Below, in pieces: positions 37,882 through 47,134 of a stretch of 51,964 nucleotides of DNA. The notes beneath the pieces were generated by a model. It saw nothing but the letters and a program-made list of their open reading frames with translations. It did not search any database and was not told the origin of the DNA. Position 1 is the stretch's first letter. The number at the start of each line of letters is the position of its first letter. Origin of the DNA: Bacillota bacterium (lineage in GTDB: Bacteria; Bacillota; Clostridia; Christensenellales; CAG-138); contig JAEXFV010000117.1 of assembly GCA_023451115.1 (NCBI GenBank), forward strand, positions 1 through 51,964, read 5' to 3'. The position numbers and the translations under genes were made by a program.

Positions 37882-38916
37882 ATGGGAAACAGAGGTATAA
37901 ACAAACAACTTTGGCGGACGGCTATTCTGGCTGTGCTGTTAATAGCGGCAATTGTTCTGGGTGTATCTGCGCTAAGCAGCGCCTCTCCACAAAGGGAGGG
38001 CGCAGCAACTACCCAGCAGCCAGATGATACGCAAACAGGCTTTGTTTTAACCCAGCCCCCAACAGAGCCTCCAGTTTCCGGAGCAATAGCGGCAACACGG
38101 CCGCCACAGACTCCCTTGGCACAATCGCCCCAGTCGGCTACAATGGAGACGCCAGCGCAGCTGCATAGCCCTACACCCAAAGCAACGCAGACGCCAGAGA
38201 GCACGCCCACCCTAATGCCAGAGCCAACGCCGGTGGACAAGCCGTCTCCCACGCCGGGACAGACAAAGTCACCTGTTTCAGGCAAACCGCTAGCGGGGAA
38301 GGTAATCGGGTTGGATCCTGGCCATCAAAAAAGAGGAAATAATGAACAGGAGCCCGTAGCCCCCGGATCTGCAGAAACGAAAAAAAAGGTTTCCAGCGGT
38401 ACCCAGGGAAAATACACCGGAGTTGCGGAACACGAGGTAAACTTGGCAGTCGGTTTACTGTTGCGGGATCTTTTGGAGGATGCTGGCGCAACCGTGTATA
38501 TGACCCGCACCAAGGCGGATGTGGATATTTCCAATGTGGAGCGTGCCCAGCTGCTTAACAAATGGGAGGTAGACTTGGGGATCAGGTTGCACTGCAACGG
38601 CAGCACCGACACCAGCAAGAAGGGCGCCTTTATGTTGGTGCCTGGGGATAAAAATTACCCCTATTACAGCGAAAGCATTCAGGCGGCAAAGATGATATTG
38701 GCCGCCTATGGAGAAGAGACTGGCCTAAGTACAGAACGTGGCATTACCTATCGGACGGATCAAACCGGCTTTAACTGGTGTGAACGGCCTGTGGTGAATA
38801 TTGAGATGGGGCATATGTCCTATGAAGCGGATGACCGCAAGTTAGTGGACACAGCGTTTCAAAAGAAAATGGCGCAAGGTATTTTCCAAGGAATTGTGAA
38901 TTACCTTGCAGCGTAA
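37882..38916 (+). CDS. N-acetylmuramoyl-L-alanine amidase (Amidase_3) with an N-terminal TM anchor and a Pro/Thr-rich linker
   Basis: LWRTAILAVLLIAAIVLGV is the TM helix, followed by a PT-rich low-complexity linker. GLDPGHQ..., EHEVNLAVGLLLRDLLEDAGATVYMTR, RLHCNG and NIEMGHMS are Amidase_3 motifs. The start is uncertain (alternatives at 37804 and 37849). Confidence 0.83.
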   Translation: MGNRGINKQLWRTAILAVLLIAAIVLGVSALSSASPQREGAATTQQPDDTQTGFVLTQPPTEPPVSGAIAATRPPQTPLAQSPQSATMETPAQLHSPTPKATQTPESTPTLMPEPTPVDKPSPTPGQTKSPVSGKPLAGKVIGLDPGHQKRGNNEQEPVAPGSAETKKKVSSGTQGKYTGVAEHEVNLAVGLLLRDLLEDAGATVYMTRTKADVDISNVERAQLLNKWEVDLGIRLHCNGSTDTSKKGAFMLVPGDKNYPYYSESIQAAKMILAAYGEETGLSTERGITYRTDQTGFNWCERPVVNIEMGHMSYEADDRKLVDTAFQKKMAQGIFQGIVNYLAA

Positions 38917-38931
38917 GGATGGGGGAGCGGC

Positions 38932-39360
38932 ATGGATTATCAAAAATTTGTTGCCTGGTTTAACCAAAATGACCTCTGCAGCATACGGATGGGGATATGC
39001 CTGCAAACCATGGGGGAAGGATTTGCTGAAGCCACCCTTTCTCTAACGGACGATTGCCGCAATATCATGGGCGGCATGCACGGCGGCGCGCTGGCCACAC
39101 TAACGGACATTGTGTCGGGGTGCGCTGTGGCTTACCATGGAAAAATGTGCGTCACGCTGGACGCCTCTATCCGCTATCTCAAACCGGTGCGCAATGGACA
39201 GGTGCACGCTATTGCCAGAGAGATTCACGGTGGAGGCAGGACGGCCGTAGTACGGGTAGATGTAAATGATGAGTCGGGTGTGCTGTGCTGCGCCTGTACT
39301 ACTACCATGTATTTAACGGACCAGCCAATTTCCCAACTGAAAATGGAAGAGAACGAATAG
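38932..39360 (+). CDS. PaaI-family hotdog-fold thioesterase
   Basis: 142 aa: N.MGGMHGGALATLTD...G.A, which is typical of PaaI/YdiI thioesterases. Confidence 0.83.
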   Translation: MDYQKFVAWFNQNDLCSIRMGICLQTMGEGFAEATLSLTDDCRNIMGGMHGGALATLTDIVSGCAVAYHGKMCVTLDASIRYLKPVRNGQVHAIAREIHGGGRTAVVRVDVNDESGVLCCACTTTMYLTDQPISQLKMEENE

Positions 39361-39378
39361 TATTGTGAAAATGTTTCC

Positions 39379-39420
39379 TGCCGTCCACTCTGAAATCGCC
39401 TGATTTTGGGATGGACGGCA
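39379..39420. terminator. Hairpin between convergent genes
   Basis: TGCCGTCCA...TGGACGGCA is a 9 bp stem with a long loop. Confidence 0.35.
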
Positions 39421-39466
39421 ATATGTCATGTCATAGCAAGCAAATGAGTCGCCTTAGGTTGCCGCA

Positions 39467-40882
39467 TTATTGTTGCTGGATAGATAAAATCCAATCAACC
39501 ATGTCCGAAATCACCTGCTCATCCACATAACCCGGTTGCAGATAAGCTTCCTGCACATTTTGAATGCTTGCCTCTTGGGGAGCGGGCATGAACAAATGGC
39601 TCAGTCCCGGATAACTGTGATAAGATACCAGGTTTCCCATGTCATTGAGCGCAGCCTGCCAGGCTGAAAAGTCTTCTTCCATGGTTACCTGAAAATCCGC
39701 TTCTCCCTGTAAAATCAAAAGGGGAAGGCCGTTTTCTTTGGCCAAGGCCACCGCGTCAATTCCCTCCAAGTGCTGCAAGTATGCGCCTGGCATCCCGAAT
39801 ATGGTGGTGCCCAGCGCTTGTTCTGCCGTCATAGTGGAAAGACGTTGGGCTTTTTCCAGTTCGGATTGTATTTGCGCTTGTGCCTGTGCCTGCTGCTCCT
39901 GAGGTAATCCAGCTAAAATGGCTAAGTTTTGGGAATAAGATATCTCCCATAATTTGCGTGGGGAGCCTGCCAGCAGAATGCCGCCGGCAAAACCACCTTC
40001 ACTTTTCTCCATTAGATAAGGAGTTAACATGCCTCCAAGGCTATGCCCTGCTAAATAGGCAGGGCCCAGCTCCTGCGTTTCCCGCAAAAAGCGCAAAGCC
40101 TCCTGCAGCGTAACGGTATATTCCAGTTCCACCGTCATATCCGGTTGGGTGAAAAGTTCCGGATGCGCATAAGGGAGTTTATCATAACGCAGTGAGGCGA
40201 TGCCGCCTTGCGCCAGGCCGTAAGCCATATCCCGAAAAGGCTTGTTGGGGCCAATGGTTTCGTCCATATCGCTGGAACCGGACCCCTGCACAAAAATTAC
40301 TACCGGGGTAGAAGCATTGGCTCCCTGGGGCAGCACCAGCTTGCCGGGCAGTTCCATTTCGCTGCCCTGGTGCAAAACAACGTCTTTTTCCATTGCGCCT
40401 TGTGGAAGGGAAAGCTCCGTCGTTTCCAGCCCTTGGGAAGAAACCGCTTTGATGTAGATGCCGGACAACAGCATTTGTGCATTAAACGTACAGGTGAGAA
40501 CGCTTTGGCCTTGTTCATGCTGGCAAAGCAGCTGCACGGTAATATACCCCTTTTGCTTTTTTGCGCCACTATCTCCAAAGGACACTACCCTGCCCAAGGG
40601 CGCGCCTTGGCTTTCCCAACCGGCCTGCAATTGGGCTGCGTCTACTTTGCGTTGCAAGCCCGGCTCCATTAGAGAAACAATCGCTTCGAACTGGCCTGCA
40701 TCCAATGCCTGAGCGATTTGCTGTGTAGCCGTGAGGGCAATTTGCTTTTCCCCATTATCGGAAACCGCTGGCAGAGTAATGGGGTGGCTGGCACTGGGGG
40801 GCAGGGTAGAGGAACAGCCTGCAAAAATGGAAAACAGCAAGATGAAAACGAGCAGGCTTACCGCCCGAAACATGCCTTTCAT
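39467..40882 (-). CDS. Lipoprotein: DUF3887-like N-terminal domain fused to an alpha/beta-hydrolase (serine hydrolase)
   Basis: I chose the ATG at 40882 (AAGGAGG 7 nt upstream). The signal peptide has a lipobox, LLFSIFAGC|SS. The nucleophile elbow is GHSLGG, and LILQGEAD and LSH lie near the C-terminus. Confidence 0.78.
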   Translation of the reverse strand: MKGMFRAVSLLVFILLFSIFAGCSSTLPPSASHPITLPAVSDNGEKQIALTATQQIAQALDAGQFEAIVSLMEPGLQRKVDAAQLQAGWESQGAPLGRVVSFGDSGAKKQKGYITVQLLCQHEQGQSVLTCTFNAQMLLSGIYIKAVSSQGLETTELSLPQGAMEKDVVLHQGSEMELPGKLVLPQGANASTPVVIFVQGSGSSDMDETIGPNKPFRDMAYGLAQGGIASLRYDKLPYAHPELFTQPDMTVELEYTVTLQEALRFLRETQELGPAYLAGHSLGGMLTPYLMEKSEGGFAGGILLAGSPRKLWEISYSQNLAILAGLPQEQQAQAQAQIQSELEKAQRLSTMTAEQALGTTIFGMPGAYLQHLEGIDAVALAKENGLPLLILQGEADFQVTMEEDFSAWQAALNDMGNLVSYHSYPGLSHLFMPAPQEASIQNVQEAYLQPGYVDEQVISDMVDWILSIQQQ

Positions 40883-40995
40883 TTGGACGCCTCCTTGCAT
40901 AACACATTGTTTTTGTATTATACCTCTGGCAGCAATAGGGAACAACGGATATCTGTAAATTTTATTGCAGCAAAAGGAGCGGGTGATCCGTTATA

Positions 40996-41556
40996 TTGGT
41001 GATGGAAGAGAAGCAGGGAAAGGTGAAACGGGGAATGGCAAGCTGCGAAAGCTTTGAGAAGCTGTATGAAGACCATAGTGCCATGGCGTATTGGACCGCG
41101 TACAGCATTTCCCACAATCACGATACAGCGATGGATATAACCCAGACTGTTTTTTTGCAAGCACTGCGTAACTGGGAGATTTTGTCAACCATGCAGCAGG
41201 CCCAGGCGAAAAGCTGGGTTTGGCGGACTGCCCGGAATGCCGGGTTGGATGTATTGCGCAAAAACCATCGGGAAGTGATCACAGATTTGCCGCCGGATGG
41301 GCCGGATTTCAATCCGGAACAGGCGCCGGAGGCGGCATATCTGGAGAAGGAACAGGCTGAAATTGTTTGGAAGGCGGTAGAGGCGCTGCCTGCCCATTAC
41401 CGGGAAGCCATTGAACTGCATTATTTTGCGCGCTTGTCGCAAACGGAAGCGGCGCAAGCGTTAGGCGTTTCGGGTGGGACATTTCGCTCCCGGCTGGCGC
41501 GAGGGAAAAAACTGCTGGGGAGACAATTGCGGAAGGGAGGCATGCTGGATGAATAG
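40996..41556 (+). CDS. ECF-type sigma-70 family RNA polymerase sigma factor
   Basis: Region 2 reads DITQTVFLQALRNW. Region 4 reads YREAIELHYFARLSQTEAAQALGVSGGTFRSRLARGKKLL. The start is uncertain (TTG 40996, ATG 41002 or ATG 41035). Confidence 0.83.
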   Translation: MVMEEKQGKVKRGMASCESFEKLYEDHSAMAYWTAYSISHNHDTAMDITQTVFLQALRNWEILSTMQQAQAKSWVWRTARNAGLDVLRKNHREVITDLPPDGPDFNPEQAPEAAYLEKEQAEIVWKAVEALPAHYREAIELHYFARLSQTEAAQALGVSGGTFRSRLARGKKLLGRQLRKGGMLDE

Positions 41557-43000
41557 CATGGATCAATTGGAACGCTTATTATATGCTACGGCGCAGTCTA
41601 AAACAAAAGAGCTGCCTCTGGGAGCGCTGCGCAACGCTATATTGGAACAATCAAAAAGTGAGCCGCAGCAGAAACAGCCTCTCGTGCGTCCTATGGGCGA
41701 AGGGCAAAAAGAGGGAGGCATTACCATGAAACGAGCCGTTACGTTGCTGATAGCCGCCGTGCTGGCGCTGACTTTATTTGCTATGCCGGCGTTGGCCCAA
41801 ACGGTAGTGGTGGATGGAAAAACCTATGTTGCCTTTAACGGCAAGGTGAGTATTGACGGGGTAATCCATGATTTAAATGCTCCTGCCCAGCAGGCAACCT
41901 TAACGCAGAAACCCCAGAGCAACGAATATATGCTTTTAGAGGAGGAAACCCCTGCGCCAACGCCTAAAGCTACAGACAAACCGGTACCGCCGCCTATGCC
42001 TACGCCTTCGGGTGAACAGCTGGGAAATGTAGTGAGTGCAGTGACGCCAGTGGATGTTTACGTGACCTCGCAAGTGACTCTGTACGAAGGCCCAGGGGAA
42101 GGGTACGGGATTGTGGGCGTAATGAACAATGGGGAACAGGCGGTGAAAACTGGGGTGTCCAACGGGGGATGGGCCAGGATCCTCTGGATGGGGAAAACGG
42201 CGTATGCGCCGGATGCGGAATTTACTCACGTGCCCCAGCAGGGCGGCGCACGTTACCCAGAGGTTCCCCAATTCGCCACGGAGGAAGTAAATGTGCGCGC
42301 TGCGCCGCGGAGCACCGAAGACAGCCAAATTTTAGGAAAACTGCAGCAGGGCGACCGGGTAGTCGCCATCGGCTCCCTGGGGGATTGGACAGCGATCCAA
42401 TGGGAAGACGGTATGGCATATGTATATAGTAAATATTTAGAGAACAGCATGGAAGGGGAAGAACGGGAGCAGGACGGCTGCTTTGTGATAGATGGCGTAT
42501 CATATGACTTGGGCTATCCGGAGGCGGGAACCCGGTGGAGTGCCGTGCAAACAGAGCCAATGGATCTTTATGCAACAGCGGATGTTACCCTGCACTGCGG
42601 GCCGGGAGAAGGCTATGGGGAAGATGGTTCCCTTTTTCCAGGGCAGAGAGTAAAAAAGGTAGGTTTTTGTGGAGAGTGGATGATCTTGCTCTATGAGGGG
42701 AACCTGCGATATGCTCACAAGGATCGTTTGAAAATTGCGCCTACTACCAGCGTATCCTATGAGGGAAAAGATAAGATCGTAATTGCACAAACCGGCGTAT
42801 GGGCATTGCCACGTACCGATGGGGAAGCAGAACTGCTAGAAATTTACCCAGTTGGTAAAAAAGTGGTTGCTACTGGCAGCATTGGGGAATGGGCACAGAT
42901 CAAATACCAGGGCGGCAAGGCCTATGTACTGCAAGAAACATTGGCAAACCCTTGGGAAGTGACCTACGGGGAAAGCGAGACCACAGAGTTGGAAGAGTAG
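41549..43000 (+). CDS. Single-pass membrane protein with four bacterial SH3 (SH3b) repeats; candidate anti-sigma factor
   Basis: The ATG at 41549 overlaps the sigma gene by 8 nt (GGAAGGGAGG upstream). The TM helix is AVTLLIAAVLALTLFAMPALA. Four SH3b-like repeats are present, e.g. LYEGPGEGYGIVG...GGWARILWMGKTAY, VNVRAAP...GDWTAIQWEDGMAYVYSKYL, LHCGPGEGYGEDG...GEWMILLYEGNLRY and GEWAQIKYQGGKAYVLQETL. Confidence 0.7.
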   Translation: MNSMDQLERLLYATAQSKTKELPLGALRNAILEQSKSEPQQKQPLVRPMGEGQKEGGITMKRAVTLLIAAVLALTLFAMPALAQTVVVDGKTYVAFNGKVSIDGVIHDLNAPAQQATLTQKPQSNEYMLLEEETPAPTPKATDKPVPPPMPTPSGEQLGNVVSAVTPVDVYVTSQVTLYEGPGEGYGIVGVMNNGEQAVKTGVSNGGWARILWMGKTAYAPDAEFTHVPQQGGARYPEVPQFATEEVNVRAAPRSTEDSQILGKLQQGDRVVAIGSLGDWTAIQWEDGMAYVYSKYLENSMEGEEREQDGCFVIDGVSYDLGYPEAGTRWSAVQTEPMDLYATADVTLHCGPGEGYGEDGSLFPGQRVKKVGFCGEWMILLYEGNLRYAHKDRLKIAPTTSVSYEGKDKIVIAQTGVWALPRTDGEAELLEIYPVGKKVVATGSIGEWAQIKYQGGKAYVLQETLANPWEVTYGESETTELEE

Positions 43001-43013
43001 ACCGCATGCAAAA

Positions 43014-43045
43014 TCAGGGGCCCGCCTTTTTGGCCGGGCCCCTGA
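43014..43045. terminator. Bidirectional terminator between convergent genes
   Basis: TCAGGGGCCCGCC-ttttt-GGCCGGGCCCCTGA forms a GC-rich stem of about 13 bp with one bulge. Confidence 0.6.
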
Positions 43046-43062
43046 ATGCTGAAACATGGTTA

Positions 43063-44454
43063 TTATTCCAAGGAAGATTCCTTTTCTTTGCTGCCGCATG
43101 CCGAGGCGATTACCAGCCCGGATAAGGCAATCAACGCCATGACGTTAGGCAATACCATGAGCTGATTAAACATGTCCGTTAATTCCCAAACCAAATCGTT
43201 GGATAAGCAAGACCCTAGGAAAATAAAACCTATGGCCAAAATAGAGTAAATGAGATTACCCTTTTTCCCAAACAAATAATTCATATTAATGCGTCCGAAC
43301 AGGTTCAAACTGATAATGGTGGAGAAGGCAAAGAACAGCAGGCAAACCGCCACAAAGCCATTGCCCAGCCCTGCTCCTAACACGCTGGAAAAGGCTAACT
43401 GGGCCATATTGGTTTTCACTACTCCCTGGGCAGTTCCGCTTGCCAGGATACCGTTGCCAGCATAAAGGGTGGAAATGACCACGAGCGCCGTCATGGTAAG
43501 GACTACAAACGTGTCGATAAACACCCCAATCATAGCCACTACGCCTTGTTCATGTGGCGTTTTTACTTTTGCCATGGCATGGGCATGGGGGGTGGAACCC
43601 ATACCGGCCTCATTGGAAAACAGCCCCCGCTTTACGCCTTGGCTGATTGCAGTTTTTAGGGCGTATCCAATGCCCCCGCCAATAATAGCATTGGGAACAA
43701 AAGCATATTTGAAAATCATGCCGAATGTTTCCGGTATATACTGGATGCGGGCAATAAGAACCGCCAAACTGCCAATCAAATAGAATCCCGCCATAATGGG
43801 CACTAATTTTTCTGTAACCGAAGCAATGCGCTGCATGCCGCCAATGAAAATAAATGCTGCCAAAGCGGATACGATTAGGCCCATAACCCAGGTGGGGATA
43901 GAGAAAGCGTTATTGCAGGCTTCGCTGATGGAATTGGATTGCACCATGGAGCCCATAAATCCCAAAGCCAGGATAATGGCAACCGAGAAGAAGCCTGCCA
44001 GGATCTTGCCAAACCGGCCGTGGAACGCAGCTTTGATATAATAGACCGGGCCGCCTAAAATAGAACCGTCTTCACTTACTATGCGGGTTTTCTGAGCCAA
44101 TACGGCCTCGGAATAGATGGTTGCCATGCCGAAGAAGGCAATGACCCACATCCAGAAAATAGCGCCAGGGCCACCGATCAGGATTGCACCGCAAGCGCCC
44201 ACAATATTTCCTGTGCCAACTTGTGCTGCGATTGCAGTTGTCAACGCCTGGAAGGAAGTCATTCCTCCTTGGTGCTTTCCACCATGAAGGCTAAAACCGC
44301 GGAACATATGGCGCCAACCTTCTCTAAAGCAGCGTATCTGTACAAATTTCGTGCGGATGGTAAAGTAGACGCCCGCGCCTACCAACAGGAGGATTAGGAT
44401 ATAGTCCGAAAGGTAGGCATTGATGGTCTGTACGATTGTGAGCAGTGTATCCAT
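43063..44454 (-). CDS. Alanine/glycine:cation symporter (AGCS family)
   Basis: I chose the ATG at 44454 (AAGGAG 7 nt upstream). FQALTTAIAAQVGTGNIVG, GGPGAIFWMW and SNEAGMGSTPHAHA are AGCS hallmarks. Confidence 0.9.
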   Translation of the reverse strand: MDTLLTIVQTINAYLSDYILILLLVGAGVYFTIRTKFVQIRCFREGWRHMFRGFSLHGGKHQGGMTSFQALTTAIAAQVGTGNIVGACGAILIGGPGAIFWMWVIAFFGMATIYSEAVLAQKTRIVSEDGSILGGPVYYIKAAFHGRFGKILAGFFSVAIILALGFMGSMVQSNSISEACNNAFSIPTWVMGLIVSALAAFIFIGGMQRIASVTEKLVPIMAGFYLIGSLAVLIARIQYIPETFGMIFKYAFVPNAIIGGGIGYALKTAISQGVKRGLFSNEAGMGSTPHAHAMAKVKTPHEQGVVAMIGVFIDTFVVLTMTALVVISTLYAGNGILASGTAQGVVKTNMAQLAFSSVLGAGLGNGFVAVCLLFFAFSTIISLNLFGRINMNYLFGKKGNLIYSILAIGFIFLGSCLSNDLVWELTDMFNQLMVLPNVMALIALSGLVIASACGSKEKESSLE

Positions 44455-44520
44455 AGTGTTCTCCTTTGCGTATATTTCGGAGCAAACAAAAACCGCTAGC
44501 ATTTTTGCCAGCAGCCCTAG

Positions 44521-44690
44521 AGAAAAAGACAGTGCATACGCCATGCTTGTTGCTTTAAACTGTATCTGCTCTGTCCTTTTGCCTGAGAGATTCGGCAATC
44601 GCCTTGCACCTTCGGCACTCGTATAAACGAGATTCTCCAGAGTTTCCTCCCACTCCAGTTTCGGCGAACCGATCCTAGAAGTTTCAACGG
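44521..44690 (-). promoter_or_regulatory. Glycine riboswitch (single complete aptamer) with an overlapping terminator
   Basis: The minus strand reads CTCTGGAGAATCTCG...CGAGTGCCGAAGGTGCAAGGCGATTGCCGAATCTCTCAGGCAAAAGGACAGAG (44569-44642). The P1 3' strand GACAGAGC doubles as the 5' arm of the terminator GACAGAGCAGATAC...GTATGCACTGTC followed by TTTTTCT. Confidence 0.85.
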
Positions 44691-44709
44691 AATCATTTAA
44701 TTTTATCTT

Positions 44710-44738
44710 ATTGAACCATGTTTTTTCGGGTTTGTCAA
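44710..44738 (-). promoter_or_regulatory. Putative promoter of the glycine-riboswitch leader
   Basis: On the minus strand: TTGACA, a 17 nt spacer ending in TGg, then TTCAAT (extended -10 type). Confidence 0.4.
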
Positions 44739-44763
44739 TGCGACGTTAAGAGGAAAGTGATGG

Positions 44764-45483
44764 TTACCAACTGATGTCAATCCCCGCCTTACGGGCCTGG
44801 GCATGCTGGTATTTTCGGGGCACCAGATAACATATGCCATCCTTCACCAGGCGATAGCCTGTTTGGCGAAAGGTGAAGGATACATGGCTTTGTATGCACT
44901 GCTCCCGTATCTGCAACACCCAGGCATAATCACATGGGCGTGCCTCTAATCCCGATTCGCCTCCCACTAACACTTCCTGCGCCCAGGGCCCCAGGTGCGG
45001 TTGGAGCTGCAAGGGGCCCAAAAGAGGCTCGCAAATGACGCTTTTGTACCGGATGGGTAGTTGGCGAAAAAACGGCAGCCTTTCATCCACAGCCAGCTGA
45101 TTTTCCATGGTGCAACAAATATGCACATTTTCGTAGCCATTGCCCCAATCTGGCGGGATGCATTCATAAAATCGGAGGATGCGTTTCGTAATAAAAAGAA
45201 AACGGCAATCCCTGCGTTCCCGGATTATGGCCCAAGCCTCCGGACGCCAGGGGTCCGCGTCTTCCAGAAAAAAGTCGGATGTAAAGCAAGTCCATACCAT
45301 AGAGCCGGGAGGGAGCTGATAATCGCCGGTTTTTTTACTTTTGCGCACCGGTAGGTTAAAATCCCCCGTTTTGCGTACCAGGCTGGCATCCCGCTGGTAT
45401 TTTTCATCCATGCGATAGACATAACAGTGTGCGCAGCCTTGAGAATATTTATGGCAACCGTGCCAGGGGTTCCAACTGGCCAT
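44764..45483 (-). CDS. DUF5131 (phage Gp37/Gp68) family protein
   Basis: I chose the ATG at 45483 (GAGGGAG upstream, 4 nt after the upstream stop codon). MASWNPWHGCHKYSQGCAHCY is the conserved N-terminal Cys motif of the family. Confidence 0.78.
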   Translation of the reverse strand: MASWNPWHGCHKYSQGCAHCYVYRMDEKYQRDASLVRKTGDFNLPVRKSKKTGDYQLPPGSMVWTCFTSDFFLEDADPWRPEAWAIIRERRDCRFLFITKRILRFYECIPPDWGNGYENVHICCTMENQLAVDERLPFFRQLPIRYKSVICEPLLGPLQLQPHLGPWAQEVLVGGESGLEARPCDYAWVLQIREQCIQSHVSFTFRQTGYRLVKDGICYLVPRKYQHAQARKAGIDISW

Positions 45484-45487
45484 GGAA

Positions 45488-47134
45488 TTACTCCCTCTTT
45501 TCTCGCTGCTGTGCGTCTTCCATCTGCTGCACATATGCCATAAGCTCCTTACGGGAAGATACGTTGAGCTTGGCATAGATCCGGCGGTTATGCGTTTTAA
45601 TTGTATTGATACTCAGACAAAGAATTTCAGTAATTTCCTTGGCAGTATGTCCTTCCATATACAAATCGAACACTGCCCGCTCGGCCATGGAAAGCGTTTT
45701 CACGTTTTGAAGAAACGTTTGGTATTGATCGGCCACAAATGGGGACGCCTCTGCACATTCGCTGATAGGAGGTGCATCATCCTGCCGGGAAAGAAATTCG
45801 ATTAAATCGTCGATTTCCGGAATACGGGTGCGGGGCAGCTCGGAAAGGTCCTGGGATTTTACCAAGGACAGCGCCCGGACCACAGGAGAAATATAACGTT
45901 TGCTCAAAACCACAGCCCCAATGACGCTGAGCAGCATCAATATCCCCAATAAACCGATGAGCTTCCATCGGTTTGCCGCCAGCTGGCCAAATAAATCCTG
46001 CTGGGGCAGCAACAGCGTCAACATCCGGTTATTGGAAGCGAAGGGGGAGTCAGCGGGATATAAGGTGATAGGTATATGGAGCCCGGCATACATCTCGCCG
46101 TTATCCGCCTCATAAGCATAAAAATCCCCATCAGCTTTAAGCGTTAGATCCGTATTTTTTAAAGGGGCATAGAGCCCTCTGTTTCCTGCAAAAACCCCTT
46201 GAGAAGCGATAATGGAAAGCCCCTGCACAGGAGAAAAGGCATAGAAAAGATTGGGGTAAGACTGGTTTTGCGCAGAATATGACATTTTAAACAGCATCGC
46301 GCTAATCTCGAAGCCGCAAACGCCCAGGGCACTACCGTCGCTGGCAATCAACGGAACGCTGCAAAGCAGCACGTCCTCGCTTGTGCCGCAAACCATAGTG
46401 GCAGCGCTCCAGTAGTATAACCGGGAAAGTGGGAGGGTTGTTTGCTGGGCAGTTTCCAAAGGCGTATAAAAATAATCCGCATCGGTTACATCGAATTCCT
46501 GGGTCCATTGGGATTGCAGCCGTATACTATTGTCACGGGCCAAGCTGGCTGGCCCTCTCTGCAAGTGGATGTAGGGGGAACTGTCGCTGATAATATTGGG
46601 TTCCAGGTTTTTAAAATAGAGCCCGGCGCGGGAAGTGTGAGCGTTCTCCAGTGCTGGGTTGATGGTGGCGTTCAAAATCAGAAATACGCCGCTGCTTTTT
46701 ACGCGGCTCAACCCGGCCAAAAGGTGGGGAAAAGCATCGGCTAAAAGGGAGTCCAGGCACTCAGGATGCTGCGCCAGTTCGGCTGGCACCACTCCTGCGT
46801 CCCCCAAACTCCGCTCAAGTACTTCCCCCAGGCTTTCACTCAAAGCCACACTTTGTACCGAAACCGTACCAAAGTCCTGATACACGCTCTGGGCGGTGTG
46901 GGAAAGCTCGTTGCTTAACAGTTGCTTTTGGGCGCTGTGATCTGCATAAAACACGCCGGTTGCTAACAACACCATAAAAATGCCCAGCATGATGATGACT
47001 AAAAATAACAGGAAAAAACCAAACAGGCGCACTTGCATCGTCGTGCCCGCTTGATTGATTTTCTTAAGCCCTGCCCAAAAAGCCGATAATGGCCGTTGCA
47101 TGGCGGGCGCTTCATGGCGCAAAGGAGAAGTCAT
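45488..47134 (-). CDS. Membrane-anchored LuxR-family transcriptional regulator (TM1 - ~330 aa extracytoplasmic domain - TM2 - LuxR HTH)
   Basis: TM helices are LFGFFLLFLVIIMLGIFMVLLATGVF and WKLIGLLGILMLLSVIGAVVLS. The C-terminal GerE/LuxR HTH reads ERAVFDLYMEGHTAKEITEILCLSINTIKTHNRRIYAKLNVSSRKEL. The start overlaps the SBP stop codon (ATGA). Confidence 0.8.
   Translation of the reverse strand: MTSPLRHEAPAMQRPLSAFWAGLKKINQAGTTMQVRLFGFFLLFLVIIMLGIFMVLLATGVFYADHSAQKQLLSNELSHTAQSVYQDFGTVSVQSVALSESLGEVLERSLGDAGVVPAELAQHPECLDSLLADAFPHLLAGLSRVKSSGVFLILNATINPALENAHTSRAGLYFKNLEPNIISDSSPYIHLQRGPASLARDNSIRLQSQWTQEFDVTDADYFYTPLETAQQTTLPLSRLYYWSAATMVCGTSEDVLLCSVPLIASDGSALGVCGFEISAMLFKMSYSAQNQSYPNLFYAFSPVQGLSIIASQGVFAGNRGLYAPLKNTDLTLKADGDFYAYEADNGEMYAGLHIPITLYPADSPFASNNRMLTLLLPQQDLFGQLAANRWKLIGLLGILMLLSVIGAVVLSKRYISPVVRALSLVKSQDLSELPRTRIPEIDDLIEFLSRQDDAPPISECAEASPFVADQYQTFLQNVKTLSMAERAVFDLYMEGHTAKEITEILCLSINTIKTHNRRIYAKLNVSSRKELMAYVQQMEDAQQREKRE

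Noticed and set aside
37749-38285. 178-aa minus-strand ORF rich in G/V/C
   Set aside because: It is antisense to the Pro/Thr-rich linker of the amidase gene. It is a low-complexity artefact.
44643-44700. A second, complete glycine aptamer (classical tandem architecture)
   Set aside because: Only fragments are present (CGCCGAA, GGAG). The GGAGAG...CACCGAAGGGGCAA...CTCAGGCAAAAGGAC core cannot be reconstructed.
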